The translations under genes were made by a program, and so were the position numbers. The notes under the pieces were generated by a model. It saw only the letters and a program-made list of their open reading frames with translations, made no database searches and was not told the DNA's origin. A DNA stretch of 64,000 nucleotides. Origin: Octopus sinensis. Taxonomy: Eukaryota. This document shows positions 27,502-39,361 of the stretch, piece after piece; the first letter of the stretch is position 1; each line of letters begins with the position of its first letter. The stretch is from NCBI RefSeq assembly GCF_006345805.1, contig NC_042998.1, positions 127,038,001 to 127,102,000 of the forward strand, read 5' to 3'.

Positions 27502-28209
27502 TAAATAATGAGGCAGAGAGAGAGAGAGAGAGTGATAGCGTGATATATAGGAACCTAGAGAGAGAAACAAAAAGAAAGATACAAATAGAGGATGAGAAAA
27601 GAAAAGTGGGAGGGCTGAAAAGAATTGAAAGACGGAAATAAAGATATATCAGGAAACTTTTGTGCATTATTTTGGTTGGCCAGGATTTCCTGTCGAGCTG
27701 TTCTCAACCGAGTACTATGAATTTACACACGCAAAGCGCACACGGTGTCAAACACAGATGCATGCGGCTATCGCTCATATGCACAAACATACGCAGGCAA
27801 TACAACGTTTTTCTTTTTTAATTTTTACTTTCTCTTTTTCCTTACACACACACACACACACACAGACACACACACACACACACCACACACACACTCTTAC
27901 GCACACACAAGTAGGCGTCCTTTCGTCTGTATCTTTCCCCCACTTTCTCTCACTATGCCTCTGTCATTCCATCTATGCCTATGCGTGTATGCATGTATAT
28001 TCAATCAAAGAAATAGATCCTCCGTCGATTTTGACGACGTGTATTCCATTATCTGGAATTAATATATGATGTTGCAGAATACATTTACAGAGGCTAGATA
28101 TTTTTACCAGATATACAATTAAAATCCGACGGACTTTGGTATGTATGTATGTATGTATGTATGTATGTATGTATGTATGTATGTACGTATGTATGTGTAT
28201 GTGTGTATA

Positions 28210-28240
<31 letters not shown>

Positions 28241-28609
28241 GATTTGATTTTTTTAGTTTCAGCTCATGAGCTGTGGCCATGCTGGGGAGATAGAGAGAGA
28301 GAGAGAGAGAAATAATAGAAAATGGAATGAACGATAGTCTTTATTTAAGATCACTATAATTAATAAGACGTATAATCATTATCATGCATCAAAGTTGTAT
28401 AGTGCGTAGGATGTTACGAAGGACTTATTTAAACAATCGCTCGAGATTACCTTTTAGTCTTTGGCAATGATTACGCAACATTTCACTAATGCACTACGAA
28501 TATAAAAAATATCGAAACAATCGTAGTGATTTTAAATAAATAATGTCGTACATTCCATTTTCTATCATTCATTTATATAAATTCAACGGATGCAATTGAA
28601 TTCCTGATG

Positions 28610-28752
28610 TATTTGAACAAGGATTAGTCATGAGTTGTAAATTCGTTTAATGTGCCTAAACTGAATTTGTATTTCAAAACTTTTGACTGAACTACATTCA
28701 TCACCACATCAGTTCTAGCATTAGTAGAGATGGCTTTTATTAGAAAGAAAGG
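28610..28752. repeat. 143-bp duplicated segment, copy 2
   Basis: Offset 1251 bp from copy 1. Confidence 0.9.
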
Positions 28753-28952
28753 AAGGTCGGTAATGAGGTAATTAAAAGTATTTCCACTGAATGATGACAT
28801 CAGATAGCCAATAACTGTGGACGAGCTTTGCAAAACATACTACAAGGTTTTATTCGAATCATATCTTATTTAACTATGCCCACATGCGCGCGTGCATGTT
28901 TATGTGTGTGTGTGTGTGTGTGTGTGTGCGCTGTTAATAAAAACTGCAGAAA

Positions 28953-29016
28953 AGGTAGCTGGTATTGAAAGCTTTATAAAGCATATGCTTTATAAAGCTT
29001 TAAATACCAGCTACCT
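28953..29016. repeat. 64-bp spacerless palindrome
   Basis: aggtagctggtattgaaagctttataaagcat|atgctttataaagctttaaataccagctacct; 31 of 32 positions complementary. Confidence 0.95.
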
Positions 29017-29896
29017 GACAAGATCACACAATCCTTTGGAAAAGATCGCTCACTGTTATCGTAAACTGCGTCAGAGTTTATGGAAAATTTACAAAGACTA
29101 GTGTTAGATCTATTCAATATATATTGCTGTTATTTAAATTAACTACCACACCAGTGGGATAGCTGGCGGAATCCAGGGTAGGAGCGTACTAAATAGAGGA
29201 TGGAAGAAATATCGATGGGAGGAGAGTGGTGAAAGCTACGATCTCTCTTACATAGGCAAATAAGAGATACATACTCATATCCTGTTACAACTGTTCACAT
29301 ATACACAAAATGGAGAGAAGTAAAAGCGATAAATCTGAGGCAGCGTATACTCAAATGCGAGGACAACTGCAGCAACGATAATGCTAGCCACAACGAAAGC
29401 AATGGCAAATTATAAATACAAGAATATCAACTACAGTACGAACAGCCACTATCATATATCAGCGGCGAAGACAGTTTGGGTCACTTCCGTTGAGAGATTT
29501 ATGATATCGACTTCAAATACATGCTCTCATGCAAACAAAGCAGGTGTTCGTAAATCTTTTCCGTAGCTTTATTGAATAATATGCAGTGTACCGCTCATCT
29601 TGCACTCTTTCACACGTACACGCCCACCACCTCCGCTTACAGTTATCTACTCACACATGCGCGTACGTACCCGTTCGGCGATGCTCTTATGCACTCTTAT
29701 CGATATATACACTCACGTTTCTTAGTAACGTACTGAAGCACTTTTACCATAAGTGTACGCATATCCGCTGTCGCTTGTGTACGCATGAGTGTACACATAC
29801 CCGCTGTCACATTGCTACCCAGTATTACTACTCAGTATTACTACCCAGTGACATTCAGCTTTTTATCCCTTATACTTTTATAAACCAATGCTCCAT

Positions 29897-30117
29897 GACA
29901 GTAAAGGCGCAAGGTTCAGTGGTTAGAGTGTCGAGCTTACGATCGTGAGGTTTTGAGTTAGATTTCCGGTCCGGGCTGTGTGTTGTGTTCTTGAGCAAGG
30001 TACTTTATTTCACGTTGCTCCAGTTAACTCAGCTGTAAAAATGAGTTGCGACATCACTGGTGCCACGCTGTATCGTCCTTTGCCTTTCCCTTGGATAACA
30101 TCAGTGGTGTGGAGAGT
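29897..30117 (+). mobile_element. SINE family S3, 3'-truncated
   Basis: Collinear with 25662-25880. Confidence 0.85.
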
Positions 30118-30282
30118 AATGTCAACAGTGTACTAGTGTACTTCCTCGCAGTTTAGATAGTTGCTGGTCTGATAATTACAGAAAGTTCTACTCAGTGTAC
30201 AGCAAATCCGTAATTCACTGTGTTTATTAAGTTAATATTAGACAATGCAGTCTCTAACACCTCTCTGGTACATAACTCACAT

Positions 30283-30410
30283 GGAATGAGAACCCAGGTT
30301 CGAAATTACCCCAAGACACTTAATAAAGGCTGGAGAATATATCAACCGAAACGTTGTGTTAACGACAAACAAGATGAGGACAAATATCCGTCAAATGTAA
30401 ATAATGTACC
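30283..30410 (+). mobile_element. Solo fragment of the family A HHR repeat
   Basis: ggaatgagaacccaggttcgaaatt...aatgtaaataatgtac matches 2517-2648. HHR at 30315-30360 has a decayed core (TTAATAA) but intact GAAACGTT GTGTT. Confidence 0.85.
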
Positions 30411-30731
30411 CCAATTTACTGTGATCCCATAAAAGTTTTATATGGACCCCGTTTGAAAACCCCTGCTGTATAGTATATATAGACTGACATATGTCCGTAA
30501 CAAGCGCAGAATCAGAGGACCTCAAGTTCACATCGAACTCATCAGCCCCAGACCACTTATATTAATGTTACTCCTGGAAGTAAATTACTGTTCTCGTTAA
30601 ACCTATGATGTAATTATCATCCTGAGTTATATCCGAAAACTTGAACTAAATGAATAAGTTATTGCTATTACTGTTATGGTTTTCGAACCAGAATATTATC
30701 TCTTCAGTACAATCCCAGATCCTCAACTCAC

Positions 30732-30812
30732 CTGTTCTTTATCATTAAAAATTAGTCTATCTGAAATATTCTTACTAATACTGACGATAACTGATTTCGA
30801 GAAGAAATGAAC
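30732..30812 (-). CDS. Candidate 81-nt internal coding exon of an unidentified host gene (VHFFSKSVIVSISKNISDRLIFNDKEQ)
   Basis: Polypyrimidine acceptor ttcccctttaacctctttccaacag|, donor cag|gtgagt, length divisible by 3, only frame 0 open, non-repetitive context. No partner exons confirmed. Confidence 0.4.
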
Positions 30813-30988
30813 CTGTTGGAAAGAGGTTAAAGGGGAATCATGCTTTATGGTCTTTATGGAAGAAGCAGGGGATTTTATGGTCTAAAGCCTTAGTCCTGTC
30901 TTCCATTTGACGGTTGAGCGCGTCTGTGAGTATTTTCGTGTGTGTATATATGTATGTGTGTGTGTGTGTGTGTGAGAGAGATAGAGAT

Positions 30989-31048
<60 letters not shown>

Positions 31049-31399
31049 ATAAAAAAATATAGGTGCACTGAAATTATAAATTCTTCGTTTATTTATATAT
31101 CGATATGAAAGGTTTCCAAATTCTCCTAAGGAAATGTAATCAGAAAACTGCTTAAGTCATTTTGTTTCTTATCTAATGTATGAGAAAAGTCTCGCAAAGT
31201 AAGTCTTCAGAGTCTGCTCAACACTAAAAACAGTTCATAAAAGGAAAGATTGAAGCAATAGTTCATTGCAATTCCTACGGAAAATCGAAAGACCTCTACC
31301 CTTATATAAATTGAAAAATGATAAGCAAACAAAAATTACACATACATACACACACACACACACACAGATATGTATGAATGTATATATGTATGTCATCGT

Positions 31400-31770
31400 T
31401 CAGTAGTACTTCAAGATTTCTTGCCAATAGTGAAAGAACAGGTTTCTAACCCAGATCCAAAGCTCTTTCATTGAAATTTCAACATTAGCAACAGGGTATT
31501 TTTGTTTGTTTGTATGTATGTAATTTGTATATATATGTGTAGATTTGTATGTTTTGTTTTATGTATGTATTCTCATGTATATAGTTGCATTTCAAGAAAT
31601 GCTCCTATATATTTAAATGATAAACTCTCGGAAAGTTTTACAGATTTCTAAAATTCCAGTGATGGATTGGATCAGTAGTCTTTGAATTAGCTTTCTCCCT
31701 TCTTGTTTTGAGAAGCCTAATTTCTCAAGATTGGTATTTAGACAACTGCTTATTATGTGGGTGATATCTT
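31400..31770 (-). mobile_element. Probable PLE-type terminal repeat with a degenerate HHR-like motif (family D)
   Basis: Minus strand gaaatt TCAATGA aagagctttggatctgggtta GAAA cctgtt ctttc at about 31432-31479; a related fragment lies at 59043-59077. Confidence 0.4.
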
Positions 31771-32513
31771 GAGTGTTAACTCCTCAAAGTTTGCATCGGT
31801 TGTCACATTTTAACGCTTTTCCTGCATCTCTATTCCTTTTGTGCTTCAGGTATTTGAGTGATATTTCTTGTTTTTGGATCGCAAACGCATACACTTCAAA
31901 GTGGGAGGTAGTAATCCGGCTACTGGTCCATGATAGACTGCTTTATGACCAATATTACTATTATGCATGCATGCATGTATTTATGTATGTATGTATGTAT
32001 GTATGTATGTATGTATGTATGTATGTATGTATTTATGTACGTACGTACATATGCATGTATGTGTGTATGTTTGTATGTATGTATGTATGGGTGTGTGTAT
32101 GTATGTATGGGTGTGTGTATGTATGTATGTATGTTGGTATCAAAATGAATTAACAAAGATCACCGGACGTCACGTTCCGTGGATTTGATGTCTTTCTATA
32201 TTCCTTTTGTTGACTCGTGATAAGGCATGCCGTGTAACTTCACGTGCATCCAGTCAATAATTCTAATGTGACAGTGAAATTATGTCTGTGAGTAGGTCGC
32301 AGACAGTGCAACTGAAATCGGGGTACCATATAATAATTGATTACATGATAGTTCCGGTTTTTAAAGAATAAAACGAGTTTGCACACTGTTTCGCATTAGT
32401 TTCAATATTAGTTTCAATACACAGTATCAGATTAAATCACTTTCCAGACAAAACAAATACAACTCCGAAACAAAATTTTAAATTCCCGAAGGATCCCCGT
32501 CACGTATATATAT

Positions 32514-32581
<68 letters not shown>

Positions 32582-32606
32582 GTGTGTGTGTGACTACACA
32601 CACACG

Positions 32607-32646
<40 letters not shown>

Positions 32647-33049
32647 GTAATGTGTGCGTGTGGGTATATATATATGACATCTTTCTCACGAATACGTACA
32701 CATAGAGTAAGCGGTGTGTGTGTGTTGAAGAAGTTCGCTGGGCACTAACCTGTTCCAAGCATTAATCTAATTGCACGCGACGTTATGCAACTGATTTTTA
32801 CAGTAGCCTCGGATCGACAATGCTACAAGAATTTCATTTATGATTTAATGTTTGGTAATTGCGTATGTATGTATGTATGTATGTATGGATGGATGGATGC
32901 ATGCATGCATGCATGTATGCATGTATATTTATTTGTATATGTGTTTGTATAGAGTGGAGATATCTGTTTATCTCACGAGACTATAGATCTGCGCCTGGAA
33001 AGTCTTCTTTTTGACCTTATTGGCAGAACACCATCTTTTTTGACTGTAG

Positions 33050-34345
33050 ATACCCTCAAGTTAGTAGCAGTCTCGGGTACAGTGATTATACCTGAAGGTA
33101 TCATCCTCTAGTCTTGTCCAGTTGTTGCTTTTTCTTCAATTTTGCTTTCCTTCACCAGCAATCCTCAGCATCTCTTCTCGTCTTCAAAACCCTTGCCTAG
33201 TTTCACCATCTACAATATTCACCTATTTTCAACCTTCATATAAATAGACTTAATGTAGCTTTTGCAGACATATTTGAAATGATGACGTGGTGGTCCCTGT
33301 ATTCCTTTGCAGAAGGATAGTTCATCACGCAGCAGGTATTTTGGTATCCTCCCGTTTAACATGCAGTGAACATGGTCCGGCCAACAGAAGCGCTGTTAAT
33401 GCTGTAGGATGACGAAGCTGGATATCTGTACGTGCACCAGAACAACGAAACAGGGCCTCACTGTTGGTGACTCGGTCAGTCCTCTTGCTGTTTAGAAGCT
33501 GTCTTAATGTTCAGAATTTTCTGAGAGGCCCCTACAGTATGCAGCAGATGATCCAGCTCTCAATATCACTTTTCTACTCTAGGTACAAGTGTCGAAATTT
33601 GGGGGAGGGGCCAGTCGCTTATATCGACCCCCCCCCACCACAGTAGGCAACTGGTACTTCATTTATCGATCCCGAAAGGATGAAAGGAAAAGTCGACCTC
33701 GGCGGAATTTGAACTCCGGACGTAAAGACGGACGAAATACCGCGAAGCATTTTGCCCGGCGTGGTAACGAATCTGCCAGCTTGCCAGTTCTCAATCTCAC
33801 TGCTATAAAGCAGAATAATGAGGAAGTAATCTCTGTAAGCTGCAATCTTCACAAGTATGAGAACTTTTGAACAGCCTTTATCGCACAGGCTTTATTGTTA
33901 ATGGTAATGGTAGGGATTACTCAAACCCTGGCTCAGAACTTTTAATTCCTTCTGATGGTCAACACGAAATCATGACAGGATCTTGTGAGACTGTTCAGTG
34001 TGGTACTAGTGCAGCATGTCTCTGTTGATAATTTACGTAGTTTGACTTTCGTCATCAGTCGCCAAAGACTGAATAGTTAGCCGTTTGATCTTGTAAAGCG
34101 GTAAAGATTTGTTGTAGATTTTACAATCCCTTATATGATCTTTTTTCTTGTACCGATTAACAATGATACCATCTTTCATGACCTGTTGTTCTGCTACTTT
34201 ATTCCATCCCTGGCACAGCAGTTTGCGAAGATGGCTCAACATCTTACGCTTTGCACAATTGGTGATTTCTAATCGAATGCCATCCAATCCGGTGTCTTGC
34301 TTGGTAGAGACAATGAATAGATTTACGCAGTTCATAATCTGTTGA
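33050..34345 (-). pseudogene. RTE-clade LINE reverse transcriptase remnants, internally deleted and interrupted by a SINE
   Basis: TGLDGIRLEITNCAK..LSHLRKLLCQGW...KDGIIVNRYKKKDHIRDC (34335-34033) and RTDRVTNSEAL...HVHCMLNGRIPKYLLRDEL (33500-33250). Confidence 0.85.
33572..33787 (-). mobile_element. SINE family S2 inserted in the RTE remnant
   Basis: Reverse-complement match to 48185-48340. Confidence 0.88.
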
Positions 34346-34742
34346 CAGAGTATTTACTCATTTTCTAATTGGAAGACGCTCAGTGCCGTTTAGTATACCG
34401 TTCCTAATGTAGTTTTATTGTGTAAAATAGCTTCAATAAAGCTATTTCCACTTTCCTATAAGCTTGCTTCGTAAGCAGGTGTAAGTCAAATTTATTACAA
34501 TAAAGAAGTATGTAATGTCCATTATTTATGCCTTGTCTTGTATATCACTCTGTGTAAAAGCCGGTTTAACTGGAACACAACTATGGATTTACAATACAGA
34601 GTGAAGGTAGACTATAACCTCACACTCTGCCATAAGAATATACGGAATATTTTACTAACTTAAATAATAATATTGTCAGCCTGGTGTACTACAGATAGCT
34701 TATAAAGTATTTTGCCTGGATTAATAATCTTTCACTAATAAC

Positions 34743-34845
<103 letters not shown>

Positions 34846-35106
34846 TATACATACATACATACATACATGCAAACATATATACAATATATGGGGGATTTAA
34901 TTCACAGGTGATCTAAGCGACTAGGGACACTGGGTACGTACTGTAATGGATTACCAGGGCTTCAAGATCATAGCCGAGACGGAAGTTATGGAATCGATGT
35001 AAATTTCCAATATAGCGAATATATAATTGCTAAAGAGGACAACAGATGCTAAGGCAATACGAACATCTCAAGTCATTTAAGTAATTATTATTTGAAAAAT
35101 TTTAAA

Positions 35107-35162
35107 GTCTTACACCTGTTTCTGGGATATCCCAAAATATGGGATATTCTGTCATCGGAGAC
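35107..35162 (-). ncRNA. Minimal type I hammerhead motif, family B (CCGAUGA core)
   Basis: gtct CCGATGA cagaatatccca tattt tgggatatccca GAA ACAGGTGT A agac. Confidence 0.72.
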
Positions 35163-35886
35163 AAATAGGGAAAATGTGAAAGGTATAGATTAAGGAAATA
35201 CTGATATAGAGGATTGGAGAAAAGGAATAAACAAAACAAGAAAAATAAGAAAAAAGAGGATAAAAGATCACAGTTCAACTTTCCGATAGTGTAGATGTTA
35301 TCTATAAGTCCTATGCAAAATTCATTTATGGTTATAGCCTTCATAGTGTAAATATCCAGATATGAACGCGAATGTATCGAAGGTTCGTACGCTAGTGATA
35401 GCGGAGGTGGCTCTTGAGGGATAAAAATATTAAAAAAATAAATAGAAAGAGAGGTATTAGTAGGGAAAGTGAGTGGAGGAGGAATGTAAGGATTGGTGTG
35501 GAGGATAAAATAAAGTATACAGAAATATAATGTACAAAAATAAACAAGATAAATAAATAGATATATAACGATATAACGAGAGAGGAGGAGGTAAAGGAAG
35601 ATAGTGTAAAGAATATAAAATAAATTAAACTGAAAGGGATTCAAAGAGAATATTAGGCGGTTGTGCTGTTCTAGTTTGTAGGGGTTGGGGAGGAAATCAA
35701 GTAGTAAGTGTTTGTGTCCGTTTTATGGCTAAAGTCAGTGGCTATAGCAATATTTTTAGCTATGGGAATATATGTGTGTAGGTTGTCGTGAAAAGAGAGA
35801 CCAGATGAATTTTAAATTATTTAGGAAGAAAGTTACAACTAGAGATTAGAGGGTTTAATAGATTGTTGTAAAAATAAAGTTATTTT

Positions 35887-36948
35887 CTAAGGTACTAAGG
35901 TTGATAGAAAATATGTACATGGGTATGTATTAATGATCATGGAGGTATGTACGTGAGTACCATGTGTGTAGGGGTGTTGAAATTTATATTTGGATTTATG
36001 GAAGAATTTAAAAGTGCAGAAGAATTTGTGTTTACACGCTGTGAAGGCTTCGTTGTATTTGTTAAGCAATTGTGGTGAGTTATGCGTTAACATTTTGAGA
36101 GCTTCTTTTAGGCTGAGTCCACAAGTGGAGCGCTAGTCCTGATATGGGATGCCAGAATCTATTATAGCCCAGGATAACCTATATTGTATTTTTCTATTAA
36201 TTAGATGGTGTACGTAACTGGCTAGTGATGTGGAATAGCTATGTTCTTTATATTTAAATGAGTTTAACTGTGCAGAATATCTTTGTTTAAAGTTAGTTGT
36301 TGATCCAGTTTGGTAGCTGTTGAAGTTATTTAACATGTTGTGGGCGGTGAATTAGTATACCACGTTTAATCTTATATATTGTGCTTGCAATGGGCAGTCG
36401 GTCCTAGGTCTGCAGTTGCAGCTATCTGTTCTACGATTGTTAGTTGCAGAGAGGGATGAGGTAGTGCTACTTTCAGATAAGTTAAAGGTTTGGATTGTAT
36501 TTGGAGATTGGATCATGATATTGTTATTATTGCCGTTATTGCTGTTATTAATATCTCCGCCATCATTACCATTATTATTATTACTGTCATTATTGTTATC
36601 GCTATCGGTAATATCATCATCATCATTATTATTACTAGTAGTAGTAGTAGTGTTAGTAGTGGTAGTGGTGTTAGTATTATTATTAGTATTATTATTATTA
36701 TTGTAACTATTAATAGTAGCATTGGTAGTAAGAGTGTTAGTAATAGTATTATTTTCGGTAAAGGTAATATCGCCATTGGCGGTAGCATTAGTATTAATGC
36801 TAGTATTATTAGTAGTTCTAGTAGAAGTATTAGTGGTAGTATTGCCCATGTTGCACGCTTGGAGAATTGTGAAGATCTCTTCACATGAAATCAATGTTTG
36901 TCTTGTTAAACCCCACACATACACAAAGAAACACACACACACACACAC
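35887..36948 (-). pseudogene. PLE GIY-YIG endonuclease region preceded by an Asn/Thr-rich linker
   Basis: ORFs 36352-36948, 36133-36336 and 35887-36093 share one frame, broken by two stops. Motifs CNCRPRTDCPL..NVVY, TGSTTNFKQRY..LNSFKYKEHSYSTSLASYV, LSWAIID, LLNKYNEAFTACKHK. Confidence 0.88.
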
Positions 36949-36949
36949 T

Positions 36950-37643
36950 GGTTCACAGGTGTTCTAAACGATTAGGTACACTAGATAAGTGCTGTAACGG
37001 ATTACTAGAGCTCCAAGGTTATAGCCGAGACGGTAGTTATGGAGCCATTGCAGATTCCCGATGCAGCGGATATATAATTGTTAAAGAGGACAACAAACAT
37101 TAAGGCAAGACAAAGTCGTATACAATATTATTACTGGAAAAAATTCAGTCTTGCAGCTGTTTCAGGGATATCTCTGAGTATGAGATATTCCGTCATCAGA
37201 GACAAATCGGAAAAAAAAGAGGGAAAATGAGAATTGTATATATTAATGAGATGACGACATGGAGGAAGGAAGTTAAAGAATAAGGAGTTGGAAATAAAGA
37301 AGAAAAAAAGAGGTATAAAAGTTCATATTTAAAGCATAAAAGTTCATAGTTCATCCTGCGTAGATCCATAAGAACTTATGGCTTGTTTCTACAGTGTCGG
37401 AAAGTTGATCTTTGAACTTTTATGCTTCTTTTTTCTTCTTTCTCCCCATTTTACCCCCTTCCTCTATATCATCATCTCATTAAATATATACCTTTCTCAT
37501 TTTTCCTATTTTTCCCTATTTGTCTCTGATGACAGAATATCCCATACTCGGAGATATCCCAGAAACAGCTCCAATAATAATATTGTATACGATTTGAGAT
37601 GTTTGCCTTGCCTTAATGTTTGTTGTCCTCTTTAACAATTATA
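36950..37643. mobile_element. Foldback pair of family B pLTRs
   Basis: ataattgttaaagaggacaacaaacattaaggcaa (about 37074) is mirrored at 37608-37642. HHR motifs at 37148-37203 (minus, GCA site) and 37522-37570 (plus, cleavage site deleted). Confidence 0.85.
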
Positions 37644-37644
37644 C

Positions 37645-37675
<31 letters not shown>

Positions 37676-38584
37676 TGTATGTATGTATGTATGTATGTAT
37701 GTATGTATGTATGTATGTATGTATGTACCTATGTATGTATATATGCATATGTGTGAGGGTGTGAGTGTGTGTATGGAGAAGGCAAAACTCAAGAAGGGGG
37801 TTAGTGTTTTGACATAATAAACATATCCTTCCACTTTATCCAAATGATTGACTTCTATATCAAATAATGATTGCACTCTTATAGCATGCATATAACATAC
37901 AACATATACATTATCTCATTATCTCTGTACACACAGACATGTATACGTACCTATATAAGCACATGTGTTTGTGTGTGTGTGTGTAAGCTGGATAATCACG
38001 TTTCTTGCAACTCTGTTAACTTACAACTAAACAACATCATTAAAATGTGCTATTTCTTGTTATTTCTTGTTATTGTTATTTATGCAGTGTGTTTATTATG
38101 TCATATGTTCTTCGCATCTGTTTTTCACCTGCTATATATTATTGTCTGGATAAATGAGACAAAAACATATCAGATATATAAATATTCAAAGTAAACATTA
38201 TTTTCTAAAGTTCGTGATAATAACAATTGAATTCCGTGATACATAGCAAAGCGAAATAGATTCCAGTAAAATTTCTTCCTGATACCAAGTAATTATATTG
38301 GTCAACAAAATAAACTTTTTTTTCATAAAAATTTTTCTGATTGGGTTATGGACGTCGATTCCAATTGTCTTAATTTTTTTCTCTGCCGTGTCTTCTTTGT
38401 AAATTATGACAGTTCTTAGTTTTCATTTACTCTCTCAAGAACTCAGACATTATATACTTGATTTATTCATGTATAATCTCACTTATATGTAATAAATTCA
38501 TATATATATATATACATATATAATATAGTATAATATGATATAAATAATATATAAATATATGCATATATATATATATATAAATTC

Positions 38585-38631
<47 letters not shown>

Positions 38632-38669
38632 GTGACCGCGTGTGTATCGTTGGATCTTTCCTTTTCCTA

Positions 38670-38705
38670 TTTTTCTGACGAAGAGCTCCTCTCGAAACGT
38701 TTAAT
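38670..38705 (+). ncRNA. Minimal type I hammerhead motif, family C, within a repeat at about 38625-38795
   Basis: tttt CTGACGA a gag ctcct ctc GAA ACGT T taa; core intact, stem I weak. The downstream ccctccttctttcctgagcgtccaataa segment recurs near 59090-59117. Confidence 0.7.
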
Positions 38706-39229
38706 CCTCCTTCTTTCCTGAGCGTCCAATAACACTGTACTTGTTCTACGTCCTCGCGTTGTTGTTTTCTCTTTGTGTTTTCATGTTTGGATTTCATAAG
38801 AAAAAAATGCACAAAATTGTTTTATGTACACCCTTCAATTTATACCATCGTGGTGAACAAGTTATTGCTGTCGAGTGGTGAGTTAATTTTCCTGTTTCAT
38901 TTCCAAGCTTTGGGGGAACAGGTCAATTGTTTTTGTTTTTTTAAGCAAAGTTGTGTGCGCTTTCCCCACCAACATGGAGAAAACAAAAAACATGGTAACG
39001 CTTATATGTGAGAGAGGGGGGGGGGAAGAAAGTGAGGAGCGTCACCAAACGCCAATGAAAGAGAGAGTGCATGCGTGCGAAGCGATTCCGGTCTGAAAAA
39101 CAAAGCAGACGATAGTTGTATTTTTCCCGAAAAAAGGAACAAAAAGAACAACGGAGCCATTTTTTTTCAAGAAGAATCACTCAGAAGATCTTTTGAAAAG
39201 CAAAGGCTCTAATTTTAACAATAATATTT

Positions 39230-39327
39230 GAAGTGAAAACATTAATTTCGAAAATGTAAGCGGTGAAAAGCCTTCCGTGTGCGAGGCAGCGGATGAATTA
39301 ATTACAAATAACAACAACAGCAAGAAG

Positions 39328-39361
<34 letters not shown>

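Larger units (their letters stand above)
34900..36948 (-). mobile_element. 5'-truncated PLE: GIY-YIG ORF remnant, 3' region and pLTR
   Basis: The ORF remnant is followed on the same strand by a family B HHR; 34900-35200 is a diverged direct repeat of 36950-37250. Confidence 0.75.

Noticed and set aside
31850-31907. GPS-like peptide SCFWIANAYTSKW on the plus strand
   Set aside because: Opposite strand to the candidate GAIN-like exon, lacks the following GC and C-x-C motifs, and has a weak donor.
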